This document shows positions 21,061 to 33,717 of a stretch of DNA of 64,000 nucleotides, piece by piece. This stretch comes from Vairimorpha necatrix. Taxonomy: Eukaryota. How positions within the stretch are numbered: position 1 is the stretch's first letter; every line of letters starts with the position of its first letter. Location of the stretch: NCBI GenBank assembly GCA_036630325.1, contig CP142726.1, positions 1,364,001 to 1,428,000 of the forward strand, read 5' to 3'. A program made the translations under genes and the position numbers. The notes beneath the pieces were generated by a model. The model worked only from the letters and a program-made list of their open reading frames with translations, searched no databases and had not been told where the DNA came from.

Positions 21061-23280
21061 CATACATTTTGAACATTTATACTGTCAAATGATATAAATC
21101 ATAAACTAGAAGTCTTTCCGCTACTAAATATTACTATCCAACCCCTTTTGATAACTCTTTAGATTGAAAAAATTATTAATTGCTGCAAAATCGAACGTTT
21201 TAGGTCCTTGAAATTAAAAATATTAGCACTATGAAAGACACTATTTTACAACATTTTTAAAAATCTTGATTTTTAGTTATTTTCCCCATATTATTTTTTG
21301 GACATTTGTAATGCTTTTTTGGAAAGAATAAAATTTTTTGGTATCATTTAACATATTGCAACTTTTTTCGTCGTTTTTAATATGATTGGTTTTGTCAGGA
21401 GGTATGATCTTGTTTCATAATCCTACAACAGATTTTATGGAGAATAGAAATAAAATTAATGCCTAAAAAAGCTGAAATTTTTTTTTCTATAAATAAAATA
21501 TTTTAGGTCATAAAAATTATTTTTACAATTAAAAAGATCTAAATTTTATTTTTTCTTATTATGTTGTGTCAAACAATAGATCATTTCTTCTTGTAATGAT
21601 ATTACAAATTTCACAAAATTCTAGTCTAAAATATTTTTTTTTATTGTTAAATATCTAAGAACCGTATGAAACAATGTGGAAAGAAATTTAAAAATAATAC
21701 AACAAAAACCACATATAGTTTGGCCATATAGTAAAACACACAATAAATAATGTTTATGCATTTTTTAGTACTTCGACAGTCCCTTTTTGACCGGCCTTTC
21801 TAAAACCTACATTAGCAACAATCAATTATAAATATAATTAATTTTGCATTTATTTTCGATCTTTTATTGGCCACAAGAAAAAATGCCTCGTTTCGCCTAC
21901 TAAAAGATAAAAATTTTCTTAACCATTATTATGTGCACGAAAATACGGTATTTTGCGGGGGATCTTGCTATTTTTTGTATAATATCTTTCTTATTGTATA
22001 AGATCTATTGCTCTTACGACAATACAAAAAGCAAATAAATGTACGTTTTGATTCCGTGAGCCAAAAAGAGTCGGTTCGGGATTAATTAAAAATTTTTACT
22101 ATATATACAAATAGATTTTTCGTATTATATGTATATTTGGTTCCATTAGACAAAGAAAATACGTCGAACCTTATACAATATTATATGTAAATTATTAAAT
22201 TTGATATTTAAAAGATGCTCGTATGTCTACAAATATTAAAAAAACGTATAAGGAATTTTTACACAAAAATGAAAATTTGTAAAATACATTCCGATTTGCG
22301 CTGCCCAGAAAAAATCTAAAAAGAGATAGAATAATTTTTTAAAAATGGTCATAAGTAAAATCTACTATGAATAATAATGTTTTTGATTGAGCCCACAACC
22401 AACCCCATTGATAATATTTTTACAAAATTCTACGAAATAAAAAATATCTACTATTTCATAATGTTTATTGTAAAATGCAATAAACAAGAAATTAATGCTT
22501 TTTTTAACATTATTTTAAATTTACTAAACGATTTTGATCAAATAACATAAAAATTGTGATATATAGCATGAACTATGACATTAAAAATATTTGGCAGTAT
22601 ATTAAAAAAAAGTCATGAAAAGTTTTTTAAGTACTAAGACAAGAATAAGACGGGGTATGGTTTTAGAAAGTCGATCATTAAACTCCCATAATTGGTTTCT
22701 TTATTCAAAGAATGCTTTTGTAATGAATAAAATAAACTAAAACGTGTAGAAAACAAGCAAGAAAGGACTATATTGCTAACATATTGTTTAACTTAGATCA
22801 GAGTCTTTATTTTTTTGTATGGGCCATATAAATGACATTTTCAAAATTTTTGTTAATAAAAATTTTCATACATAAATGGTTTGATATAGGAAATAAAACC
22901 ACGGTAATTCTATAATTAGTTAACTGAAACGGCTTAGTCCCCAGGAACAATCAAAAATACAGAAAGTGGTTTAAAGTTTTGATCGGATAAAATTTATTCC
23001 CAATCGGACCTTTAAGTATTCCTTTAGCTCTTGCCGATTCAAAAGAGAACATAATAGAAGAACGATTTTTTTAATTAGGATGACTTTATACAAACATATA
23101 CTTCTAAAGCATCTTTCAGCTACCGATTGAAATCGAAACAACCCTCATAAACAAACTTGTAAATCTAAGGTAAAGTCCGGTTGATAAGATAGTTAAAATA
23201 GCCAAAAATAAATAACACCTGAAAATTAGTACAAAAATTGAATGTGTAAGCGACATTTAAAATAAATTAAAATTTATTCG

Positions 23281-24624
23281 TTAATCTTTAAAATCTCTAG
23301 GAAGCTTTTCTTCGGTATCCACTTTTATCCAATCGGTTTCATATAGCTTGTCATTTTTCAATATTGAAATTAAAATCTTTTCAATAAAACAACGACATTT
23401 CTGAACGTCTTCAATCATAAAAGATAATTGAATTTCATCGACCGATTTATTAAAATTAAATCCAGGTAACAAGGTTTTACAATTGCACATAATTTCAACG
23501 TCCTTATCTTCTACTTGTTCCGCCTCTTCAAATTCAATATTCACTTTTACAAAAGCTTTCATCTTTACTTGCATATCAATTATAGACATGGCTTCATAAA
23601 AATTAAACTTATGTTCGGGATTTCGACAGAGTTTTAATAAATTTAGAATGTCTGTGATGATTCCTAAACCTACCGCATTAGTAAATGAATCTTTTCTACT
23701 TGGGTCAAATCTTCGAAGCCTTTCTCTGGTATAAGCATTATCTGTATAATACTTTGACAATTTTAAATCTGCCATTGAGAAATTCAATGTTTCCAAGACA
23801 CGTTCGACAAAAATTGATGGTATCATTTTTTTTTCAGCTTTAAAATTTTTTAATGTTTCAAAGACCTTTTTATAGATTGGTAAATTTTGATTAGCTAATA
23901 AAAAAGTTTTATCATTATACTTAGAATTAAAAGTACTCTGAGACATAGCACAAAATTCTTTTATAAATTTCATAACTATATTATTGTCTTTTTGGTTCAA
24001 GTTTAAAAAATTTTCTACGAGAAGATCTCCAAAAAGTCCAAAAATTACATTCGTTTCTTGTTTAAAAATTACTGAACCACTATTATAATAAATAGTATAG
24101 GGACTTAAATAAAGTGGAAGAACTAAATAATTAAATTTAGGCGAATTGGCAATGTCAACGAACACACTTTTTCCATTTAGCATTGTTTCGTTTAAATTAT
24201 CTTTTTTTATAGTATATTCAATTTCCTCGTCCAAAAAAGCAAATTCATTTCCCTTTTCTGCGAGCCCTTCACACTCATTACCAGGAAGTTTTTTATCTTT
24301 TACTTTTGTTAATTTTATATTATACTCGAACCCACGCGCTCCATCTCGATCTGAATACAAATATTCGTCCTTTGCAGAATCCTTTAAAAAACAATCATCA
24401 ACAAGTTTTGAAAAAATCATTTTTTTCTGGTTATTATATTTATGACTATAAGTGATATCAACGGTATAATTTAATTTTTCTTTTTGAATACTTGTAGAAG
24501 CCGATGCCCCCTCTCTAGTACTCTGATTTTCACTAGGATCAAACTTTTCACTGCCATCATTTATACTAAAACTTCCACTTGCAAGTGCATTTAAACAAAT
24601 TTCCATAATCTGACGAACATCCAT
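23281..24624 (-). CDS. Unknown lineage-specific family, paralog A (447 aa), probable signal peptide
   Basis: Long ORF, CCCC motif before ATG, shares many blocks with 26967 and 32093 ORFs. Confidence 0.9.
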   Translation of the reverse strand: MDVRQIMEICLNALASGSFSINDGSEKFDPSENQSTREGASASTSIQKEKLNYTVDITYSHKYNNQKKMIFSKLVDDCFLKDSAKDEYLYSDRDGARGFEYNIKLTKVKDKKLPGNECEGLAEKGNEFAFLDEEIEYTIKKDNLNETMLNGKSVFVDIANSPKFNYLVLPLYLSPYTIYYNSGSVIFKQETNVIFGLFGDLLVENFLNLNQKDNNIVMKFIKEFCAMSQSTFNSKYNDKTFLLANQNLPIYKKVFETLKNFKAEKKMIPSIFVERVLETLNFSMADLKLSKYYTDNAYTRERLRRFDPSRKDSFTNAVGLGIITDILNLLKLCRNPEHKFNFYEAMSIIDMQVKMKAFVKVNIEFEEAEQVEDKDVEIMCNCKTLLPGFNFNKSVDEIQLSFMIEDVQKCRCFIEKILISILKNDKLYETDWIKVDTEEKLPRDFKD

Positions 24625-24878
24625 GAGGGGACATATTTTTTCTTTTTTATAGTTTTTTTAATTTATAATTTAATTTAAACCGTCATTTGACAGGTTAATC
24701 TTAATATTTAATCAAAAAAAGATTTTCTCAAATATTTATTCTTTTTTGAATTTCTAATATTTCAGTTTTAATTTAATTTAACTAAATTAATGTTTGTTGA
24801 TTTTATAATACTTATAAATTAAAAGACCTAATTTGATTTTTAATATGAGCAGTGTTAAATAATAATTAGATTGATTTT

Positions 24879-24930
24879 TGACAGATTTAATTTACTTTTT
24901 AATGACAGTTATGAATACACAAAATGAAAC
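24879..24930. promoter_or_regulatory. Conserved TGACA-containing upstream element of paralog A
   Basis: TGACA 24879; TGACAGTTATGAATACACAAAAT at 24903, 279 nt from ATG. Confidence 0.5.
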
Positions 24931-26104
24931 TTAATTTTTTAAATAGAAATTGACGAATATGAATATATTTAAAGAACCAAGTTTCCACACAATCTCGAAA
25001 TTTTGAATCAACATTAGTTAGTTTGATATTTTATTACATGTTCCGATTTTGTGTAGATTGGCTTAGAAACATGATAATTGTTCAAATAAATTTTGTTTAT
25101 TGGATTCTGGTGGTTTGGGGGTTTTTTATAACAATTATAAACATTGTGTCTTTCTTTATTCTGTATTTTTGCTTAATTTCTTTTCTAAAATATCTATTTC
25201 AAGATGATAAGTATAACACTCTGCCGATAGTAATTCCAAGTTAAAATGATTATGGAAGTCCAGCATACAAAGAATTTGTGATAATCATCATAATAAATGC
25301 AATTAATAGATTTATTATATGATTTTGTCACAATCTTTGTTTTGTTCTATTCTAATCTAGAAAAGGCTTTTTGCTATTGTCTTTCCATTAAAATTTTCAC
25401 TTTATAGTTTTTCTACGCAATTCAAATGAATATTCTAAAAGAATTTGATTAATTCGATTCGATCAGAAATTTGGCGATTTTCACTTTAGGCCCCTATCAT
25501 GTAAATTCTGATTTTTTATTTTGATCAATTATTTTTGAAAGCCAAAACGGAAAATGGATAAAAAAATCATTTTAATAGTGATAAAAAATGGTCTCATTAA
25601 GACCTAAACGACCATAAATTTTAAAAATATAATAATCTATTAATCATGTATTTTATCTCAAGTAATGTCAATTTGTGCTTCCGTAAACTAACATATTTGC
25701 ATGTATGCTTTTTATTGTTTTATAACTGCATTTTATTGTTTTTAAACACGTTTTCTCTTATCATATTGTTTTTAAGAGCTTAAAATTTATTTTTTGCGCT
25801 TAAACATATTTAAATAATAAATTTTTTTTTTGTATTTTTTAATTATTATAGACACGGGGGTAAGCCCCGCCAAATCATTTTTACTTTATTCAGTACAACG
25901 AAACATTAAATACAAATTTATATAAAAATACGTCTAAAACCAATTTCAATTTACATAATTATGTAAACCCTACATATTTTATTTATTACTATATATCTTA
26001 CTCATAATATGAGTTAATATTCACCATTGAATAAAAAAATTTTATTATACATTTAAATGTCGATTAAGGAAAAGTTTTAATTATTATGTTAAGAAATAAA
26101 ATAT

Positions 26105-26240
26105 TAAAATTTTGAAAAAATAAAAAACAAGTTACTTATTTTTGATAGTTACGTTGTCTTGTTAGAACACTTTTCTAATTTCTTTTTTTTTCGTTCTGTA
26201 CGCTTCGACTTTCAAAAATCAGAAATAATCATAAAAAATT
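26105..26240 (+). mobile_element. Truncated relative of the 13999-14861 element (subterminal sequence)
   Basis: ttctgtacgcttcgactttcaaaaatcagaaataatcataaaaaatt resembles the reverse complement of 14045-14090 and the direct sequence near 14776-14810; outer TIR missing. Confidence 0.5.
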
Positions 26241-26966
26241 AACTTGCTATTTTTATGAGTCTAAAGTAAAAAGCTTGTCGATGTCTGCTAAAATTTTATT
26301 TGCAACGTATAGCGGTTTTGTCATATAATCAAGATTTACAACTCACTTGATTTTTTCATGGCAGAATTGTATATGAAAACTTACAAATACAAGAGAAATC
26401 TAAAACCAATAAGATACTAGCTACTTTTTTTGTCATTGGTAGATTTAAAATACACCGAGATTTTGTATCAAGAAAAGCTTTTTTATATTAGCCTTTCTTT
26501 TTTTAATAAATGATAAGTTGATCACTGACATAGAAAACAGTTTAGCTACATGCAAAGGTATCTAAAGTTTTGCAGCCTCACACAAACAAAATACCTATAT
26601 TTTTTTTGTTATACCATTTGCAGTAAGTCTATTTTATGTGTATTAACCACAAATAAGAGCATATATTAAACCTTAAAAGGAGACATACATGAGAAGAGTC
26701 CATGAAGTAGTGTGTGAAAGCCTATTGTGTAAAACAGACATTATCTTTATACTGTTCAGTTGTAACATTTGAAAATTAAATTAAAACAAGTGTATTGGAA
26801 TTTTTATGGCTAATACTGAAGGGTTGTAATGTGCCATGACAAAAGTAAAAAAATTTGATGTCTAATGCAAAAATATACCAAATTAAAATATTAAATACTT
26901 ATATATAGTTTTTCGTGTTAAATGAATCAAATTAACTTTTAGATATATTTGCAAAAATTATTAATT

Positions 26967-28295
26967 TTAATATTTTACTCGTAAATCTCTATAAATTTCA
27001 TCTTCCATTTCTACCGGTATCCAATCGGTTTGATATACCATGTCATTTTTCTGTATTAAAATATTTATTTTGCTAATATAACAAAGGCATTTTTGAGCGT
27101 CTTTTAGTTTTAAAGATAATTGAATGCCATCATCCAATTTACAGAAATCAAATCCAGAAAAAGGAGTTTCACAGATACACATAATTTCAATGTTCTCCTT
27201 TTCTATTTGGTCAACATATTTACATTCGATTTTCACTCTCACACAAGCGTACAATGTTATTTCTGGACTAGATCTAGTCAAATTTTCATAAAAATTAAAC
27301 TTATAATCAGGATTTCGACAAAGTCTTAATAAATTTACAATATCAGTGAGAATGCCGTACTTTACCGCTTGATTAAATGTATTATGTATTTCAGTATCAA
27401 AATTTTGAAGAATTTTTTTGGTCAATAGATTTTTAGTGTAATACTTTGACAGTTTGAAATCACTCATTGAATAGCGCAATTTTTTCGTTAAAATGTTAAC
27501 CAAAGTTGTAGGCACCAAATCATCCTTATCTATATTTTCTTTCAAAATTTTAAAAAGCTCTTTATATTTATCTAAATTATCATTAGCCAATAAAAATGTT
27601 TTATTTTCAAAATCAGCATTAAAAATCCTCTGACTTGTGTGACAAATATTATTAATAAACTTCAAGACTATATCTTTGTCGTCTTTGTTTAATTTTATAA
27701 AATTTTCTTCAAAAAGATCCCCAAAAAGGTCAATAAACCCACTCATAAACGGTTTGATTTTTACCATACCACTTTCATTTTTAATTGTATATGGCCGTAT
27801 AAAAATAGGAATTACTAAATAATTAAAATTAGAAGAATTTCCAATTTGTATAGCTACACTTTTCCCATTTAACATGGTTTTGTTTAAAAAATCCTTTTTT
27901 ATATTATATTCTATTTCCTCGTCTATAAATGCAAATTCATTACCTTTTTCCCAATACACTTTAGTCTCTTTGAAACACGGTTTCTTCTCTCGTACTTTAG
28001 TTAATTTTATTTTGTACTCAAACCCGTCGTATTCGTGGCGTCCTGAATATGAATAACTATCAGGTGCCGAATCTTTTATAAAACAATCATTTACAAGTTT
28101 TGAAAATAGCATTTCTTGTCTGTGATTTGACTTATGACAATAATAAATCTCAACTGTATGCTCCAAATCTATTTTTTGAGTTATAGTGGACGTTGATACA
28201 TTTTCTTCAGTGTTCTCATTTACCGCATTGCCATAAAACTTACTATTTTTTGCAAGTGCACATAAACAAACTTCAAATATCAGATATAAACCCAT
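26967..28295 (-). CDS. Unknown lineage-specific family, paralog B (442 aa), probable signal peptide
   Basis: Long ORF, CCC motif before ATG, paralogous blocks. Confidence 0.9.
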   Translation of the reverse strand: MGLYLIFEVCLCALAKNSKFYGNAVNENTEENVSTSTITQKIDLEHTVEIYYCHKSNHRQEMLFSKLVNDCFIKDSAPDSYSYSGRHEYDGFEYKIKLTKVREKKPCFKETKVYWEKGNEFAFIDEEIEYNIKKDFLNKTMLNGKSVAIQIGNSSNFNYLVIPIFIRPYTIKNESGMVKIKPFMSGFIDLFGDLFEENFIKLNKDDKDIVLKFINNICHTSQRIFNADFENKTFLLANDNLDKYKELFKILKENIDKDDLVPTTLVNILTKKLRYSMSDFKLSKYYTKNLLTKKILQNFDTEIHNTFNQAVKYGILTDIVNLLRLCRNPDYKFNFYENLTRSSPEITLYACVRVKIECKYVDQIEKENIEIMCICETPFSGFDFCKLDDGIQLSLKLKDAQKCLCYISKINILIQKNDMVYQTDWIPVEMEDEIYRDLRVKY

Positions 28296-28541
28296 GAGGG
28301 AATCGAATAACTCTCTTTTATAGTTTTTTCATTAATAAATTAACTTTTGAAGAAAAATGAAAGTGAGTTTTGATGTAAAAAATAAAATGTAAATTAACAA
28401 TTTGTTGAATCTTTATATTAATTACATGATTTAAATTATTTTACATTAAGTCATATTTTGTTATTTGTGCAAGAAGTTATAATTTAAAGGCCTTTTTATA
28501 TTAAAAAAGTGATCACTGTTATATATCAATTACTGGGCTTT

Positions 28542-28595
28542 TGACATAGTTGACATGTAATATTTTGATGGCAGTTTTGAATAAACAAAATTATA
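28542..28595. promoter_or_regulatory. Conserved TGACA-containing upstream element of paralog B
   Basis: TGACA 28542 and 28551; TGGCAGTTTTGAATAAACAAAAT at 28569, 274 nt from ATG. Confidence 0.5.
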
Positions 28596-29137
28596 GCTAA
28601 TATTATAGCAAATATAGATAAATTATTGAATGAGACTAATTTTCTCAAGTATTTGGTTTAGTTTTTTTAAGTGTGAGTTTCCATTAAACATATTTATTAT
28701 TATAGCTGTTAATCAATAAATTATTTTATAGAAGGCCGGTGCAGAATGTTATGCAGAAATTCAATATATTTTTGAAGTTTTTATGTATTTGATTTTATTT
28801 AAACTTTTGTGTCTTTCCTACATTTATATTTTCAGCACAAAAAAAAACATTATATATTGTATAATAGTGAATATAGGTCTGATGAGCATAATATATATTT
28901 ACATTCGACCTTAAAATTGTTCTTTACGCAATTCAAAAGACAAATAAAATGAAGATGTGGAAATGAACAAAATTCTAGCCAATATCAATCCAAAAACATT
29001 AAAATCGAGGCTATTTTATGAGTTATGCAATAATTAAATTATTTGTCAGTATATGAAGCACGAAAGTGCTTTTATTGTTTTTCCTTGGTGCTAACAATGA
29101 ATTGGTATGCCATCGGTGCTCCATCAATGGTCTAAAG

Positions 29138-31776
29138 CAAGGGTCGGCAACAAAGCACCCGTTTCAATAATTTGGTGCGCCCGTTTTCATTTTTCACATT
29201 AATGAGAAATTTTAAAATTTAATATTTCATTTTTTAAAATAAAATTGGTCAAAACATTTTTAATGCTAAATATTGGGAGTACATTATAAGGAGTTGATGT
29301 ACTTTTCGTTAAGCAAAAAGACCTTTCAACAAAAATTTTCTTACATATGATGATTATAACAATAAAATTATTTATTTCAATTATAAAGTTCTTTAAAATT
29401 TATTTTGACAATAATTATTCCATAAAACATGCTAATGCAACATTCAATAAATTTTAAAAATTTATTACAAAATTTTTTTGCCCCTTTATGGAACCTTCAA
29501 AAAAAAAAAGAAATTATCAATTCAATAATTCATGGGAAAAAGATTTTTTCTTTATAGAATTTCGAGATAGGTGTGTTTGTTTTTTGTGCAACAAAAGCAT
29601 TGCAATATGCAAAAAAGTAACTTAGAATGACACTCTAATGGTTTGCATGAAAATATAAATATTGAATACTCAATGAATTCCGAATTGCGAAAAAGTAAGT
29701 TAATATCTTTAAAATCAGCAATTGTAAAGCAGCAGAGATGTTTTACAAAGCCAAAAGAGCTCTCAATGGCGGCCACTGTAGCTTCACTAAAAGTTGCACA
29801 TCTGTTGGCTAAGAAAAAAAAACCCTTTACTAATGCAGAAATTATAAAAAGGCTATGATAACAGCGGCGGATTCTGTTTTTGAAGATTTTGAAAACAAGA
29901 CAGAAATTTTAAAAGCTATTAATATGTTGCAGTTATCAGCTAAAACTGCATCAAGAAGAATAGAATTAATTACTAATAATTTAGAATCAGAATTAGATAA
30001 AGACTTAAGGAATTGTATGTATTTCTCTTTTCAGCTTGATGAATCTACCGATGTAGTTGACACAGCACAACTAATTGTTTCTATAAAAATGGTATTTAAT
30101 GACTTTTCAACTAAAGAGGAATTTTTGAAAATTCTACCTCTAACTGCTCGTACAACGGGAAAAGACATTTTTTTCTATATTTAAAATTTTATTGTCGATA
30201 AAAATATATCACTTTGAAAACTTTCTTTTATTACTACTGATGGTGCACGAGCAATGGTCGGAAAAGAAAACGAATTTATGGTTTATGTACAAAAGATTCT
30301 TTGTTTCCAAAGTTTATTTCATATCACTGTATAATTCATCAACAAGTTTTATTTTCAAAAAGTGTTAATTTTAATCATATTTTTTTAATTGTTACTAAAA
30401 TTATAAATTCAATAAGAGCCAAAGCAACTTAACATAGGCTTTTTAAGCTGCTTATGAAGGAAGAAAAACGCAGATTTTAAAGATTTAGTTCTTCATACAG
30501 AAGTGAGATGGCTTAGCTGAGGCAAAGTTCTTAAACACTTTATTAAGCTTTTACCTCAAATAAAGAAATTTACTTCAATGAGAAATGAAACTTATATAGA
30601 ATTAGAAAACAAAAGTTGGCTATTAGATCTTGGATTGTTAGCGGATTTACCAATGAAATTTAACGAACTAAATTTAAAATTACAACAAAAGAATTCACAT
30701 ATTGCAGATATGATAAGCTTAATTAATTCTTTTGCAAATAAGTTAGAACTTTTTAAAATACATTTAATGAAGAAATCCTTATCTCATTTTCAAAATACTA
30801 AGTTAATAATTCAAAAAATAAATATAAGTATGCATGAATTCGATCGTACATAGGCGAAATAGATTTATTACTGATTGAGTTTTCTAATAGATTTCATGAT
30901 TTTCGATCATTAAAGGAAGTAATATCATTTTTTGTTAATCCTTTTAATGTTTTTGATTCTGATTTACCAGCAAAAATTTCTAATTTTTTTCATATAGTTA
31001 ACATGGACGACTTAGAAATTGAAATTATTAATTTGAAGAATGATATAGTTTTAAAATCTCATTATTTAGACAAGGACTTTTGGAAATTGGTTTCAGATAA
31101 TATTTTTTCCATTTTAAGAAAATGTGCACTCAAAATATCTTCATATTATGGAACCACATATAATTGTGAAGCTCTTTTTTCCTATATGACGTATTTAAAA
31201 TCAAAATATCGAACACAACTTCTGGACAAACATTTAGATAACTGTTTAAGAGCTGCCAATTCATCTTATATTATTAATTATGACCAAATTGCAGATGACA
31301 TGCAAAATCAAGTTTCTCATTAAAAAGTATTGCTTCTAAGTATTTCTCTACAAGTAGTGGATTTTTGTTATTTCTTCGAGATTTAATCAAAAAAGAATTT
31401 AAACCTCTTTTCAAAGTAATTGTGAAGAAATTTGCTATGCATTCTTGTCAAAACAATGTCTATTAAATCTATATAAAACCATTAAATTTATTTTTTTTCG
31501 ATTCTTTTAATCACTTAAGAAAACTCTTGTAAAAAAATTTAATTATAATTTTCGTTTTAATATAAAAAATTTATACTTGTTAAAGATGCATATCTTTAAA
31601 AAGAAACTGAAACGATATCATAATCGTATTATTCGCTACAAAATGTTTTTTTTAAAAAGATTCAGAGCATTTATTTTAATTTTCTTAAATTTTTTTTTGA
31701 GCTTAAGCCCGTTTTTTGTTTTAAGATTTTGATATTGCCCATTTCAAACCTTATTCAAAAAGGTTGCCGACCCCTG
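29138..31776 (+). mobile_element. hAT transposon, Buster/SPIN (GTF2IRD2-like) group, full length but defective
   Basis: 14-bp TIRs CAAGGGTCGGCAAC / GTTGCCGACCCCTG (one mismatch); 8-bp flanks GTCTAAAG and TTTTAGAT keep the central TA typical of Buster TSDs. Confidence 0.9.
29488..31323 (+). pseudogene. hAT transposase pseudogene
   Basis: MEPSKKKR..FNNSWE..CVCFLC (BED finger), LDESTD, TTDGARAM, HCIIHQ, EVRWLS*GK, TTYNCEALFS; multiple frameshifts and stops. Confidence 0.92.
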
Positions 31777-32092
31777 TTTTAGATAAAATATAAATTAAAA
31801 GGTATAAATAGAAATGCTACAAGCTATAAGATAACTAATGAGTATATAATCTCAAAAATAATACTGGGGGTGCTAAACGCGACATCTATTTGTAAAACCA
31901 ATATTAAAAAAAAATCAAGATGAAATTTATTGTGTAGAATGTCGCAAATTTTAAAGAAATTTTTGTTTATAAATAGTAAACATGGGTTTATCATTAAAAA
32001 CAACTTTACTAAACAATTATTACAACATATTAGTTGATAGGTTAACACAAAGCTTGTTTATATTTATTAATTATATCAACAAAAAAATTTTA

Positions 32093-33418
32093 TTAAATTT
32101 CTTTTATAAAGGGATCTAGTTTTTCTTCAAAATCTACTTGAATCCAATCAGTTTCATATATCTTGCTGTTTTTCATTATGGAAATACAAATCTTTTCAAT
32201 TTCACAACTACATTGCTGTACGTTTACAATCAAAAACGATACCTGGAATTTATTATCAAATTTCTGAAAATTGAATCCCGCTAAAGAAGTTTTACATTTA
32301 CATATAATTTTAATATCATCTTTTTCTAGTTGGTTGGCATCTTTAAATTCGATGTTTACTTTTACAAAAGCATACATTTGAATTATATCGTCATAAATAA
32401 CCATATTTTCATAAAAATTAAATTTATAATCAGGATTCCGACATAGTCTTAATAAATTTACGATGTCTGTAAGAATACCAAACCCTACAGATTTAGTGAA
32501 TGTATCTCCTCTGTCTTGATGATACCATCGAAGTTTCTCTCTGTTCGAAGCGTTTTTTGTGTAAAACCTTGATAGTTTTAAATGCTTCAAAATTAGAACT
32601 AATGAATCCAATACAAACCCGACAAATAATGTCGGTTTTAAATCTCTTTCACTCTTAATAGTTTTCATTGACTCAAAAACTTTTTTATATGTTTCTAAAT
32701 TATGATTAGCCAATAAAAATTTTTTATCGCTAAATTTAGAATTAAATGTACTCTGGCTCATATTACAAATTTCGTTTATAAATTTTAAAACAATATTATA
32801 ATTTCTTTGGTCGAGTTTTAGGAAATTATCTCCAATAAGATCTCCAAAAAGTCCATATAACCCATCCATAAAGGGTCTAATACTTATCTTACCACTATAA
32901 TAAAATATGGAATATGGGTTTAAATAAATTGGAACTACTAAATAATTAAATTTGGAAGAATTTCCAATATTTATAGCTACACTTTTTCCATTTTTCATTA
33001 TTTTGTTAAGATGATTTTGATTTATAGTATATAAAATTTCTATATCTAAAAATGCAAATTCATTATCTTTTTCTATCTCATTTGTATAGTCTACACCTGG
33101 AAGTTTTTTTTCTTTTACTTTTGTCAATTTTATCTTGTACTCAAAACCATCATGTTCATCAGAAGATGAATATGAATAGGTATCCGGCGCGGAATCTTTT
33201 AAAAAACAATCATCAACAATTTTTGAAAATATCATTTTTTTCCTATGATATTTTTTATGACTATAAGTAATATTCAAGTCGTACTTTAATTTTTCTTTTT
33301 GAGCATTATCGCAAGATGATGCACCTTCCCTTGTAGCATCAGTTGCGGGATCTAAATTAATCCTACTATGTGTAGAAAGGGCGCACAAACATACTTCATA
33401 AAAAAGATATAGTTTCAT
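32093..33418 (-). CDS. Unknown lineage-specific family, paralog C (441 aa), probable signal peptide
   Basis: Long ORF, CCCC-ATG, paralogous blocks. Confidence 0.9.
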   Translation of the reverse strand: MKLYLFYEVCLCALSTHSRINLDPATDATREGASSCDNAQKEKLKYDLNITYSHKKYHRKKMIFSKIVDDCFLKDSAPDTYSYSSSDEHDGFEYKIKLTKVKEKKLPGVDYTNEIEKDNEFAFLDIEILYTINQNHLNKIMKNGKSVAINIGNSSKFNYLVVPIYLNPYSIFYYSGKISIRPFMDGLYGLFGDLIGDNFLKLDQRNYNIVLKFINEICNMSQSTFNSKFSDKKFLLANHNLETYKKVFESMKTIKSERDLKPTLFVGFVLDSLVLILKHLKLSRFYTKNASNREKLRWYHQDRGDTFTKSVGFGILTDIVNLLRLCRNPDYKFNFYENMVIYDDIIQMYAFVKVNIEFKDANQLEKDDIKIICKCKTSLAGFNFQKFDNKFQVSFLIVNVQQCSCEIEKICISIMKNSKIYETDWIQVDFEEKLDPFIKEI

Positions 33419-33652
33419 GGGGCGTCCAAGTTTGCATTTATATAATTTTTTTTCGTTGATAAATTGAATTAATACGCATATTAAATGTCTGTCGATGTAG
33501 ATTTTTAAGTATAAATTTTAATATCTATTGATTGTTCTTGTTCCGGATATAGCAAATCATATAATATAATTATGTCAATTGTTTGTTGGTTTTTTAGAGA
33601 TTATAGACTATAAAAGTAGTTTTTCATTTTAAATTGGCAATCTTAATAAAGT

Positions 33653-33717
33653 TGACACAAATTTCAAAACATTTGACATCTAATGTGCTTTGACAGTTTT
33701 AAATAAGAAAATTAAAG
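33653..33717. promoter_or_regulatory. Conserved TGACA-containing upstream element of paralog C
   Basis: TGACA 33653 and 33674; TGACAGTTTTAAATAAGAAAAT at 33691, 273 nt from ATG. Confidence 0.5.

Noticed and set aside
25855..25869. GC hairpin CGGGG-GTAAG-CCCCG as a Helitron 3' end
   Set aside because: No correctly spaced CTRR terminus; 5-bp stem only
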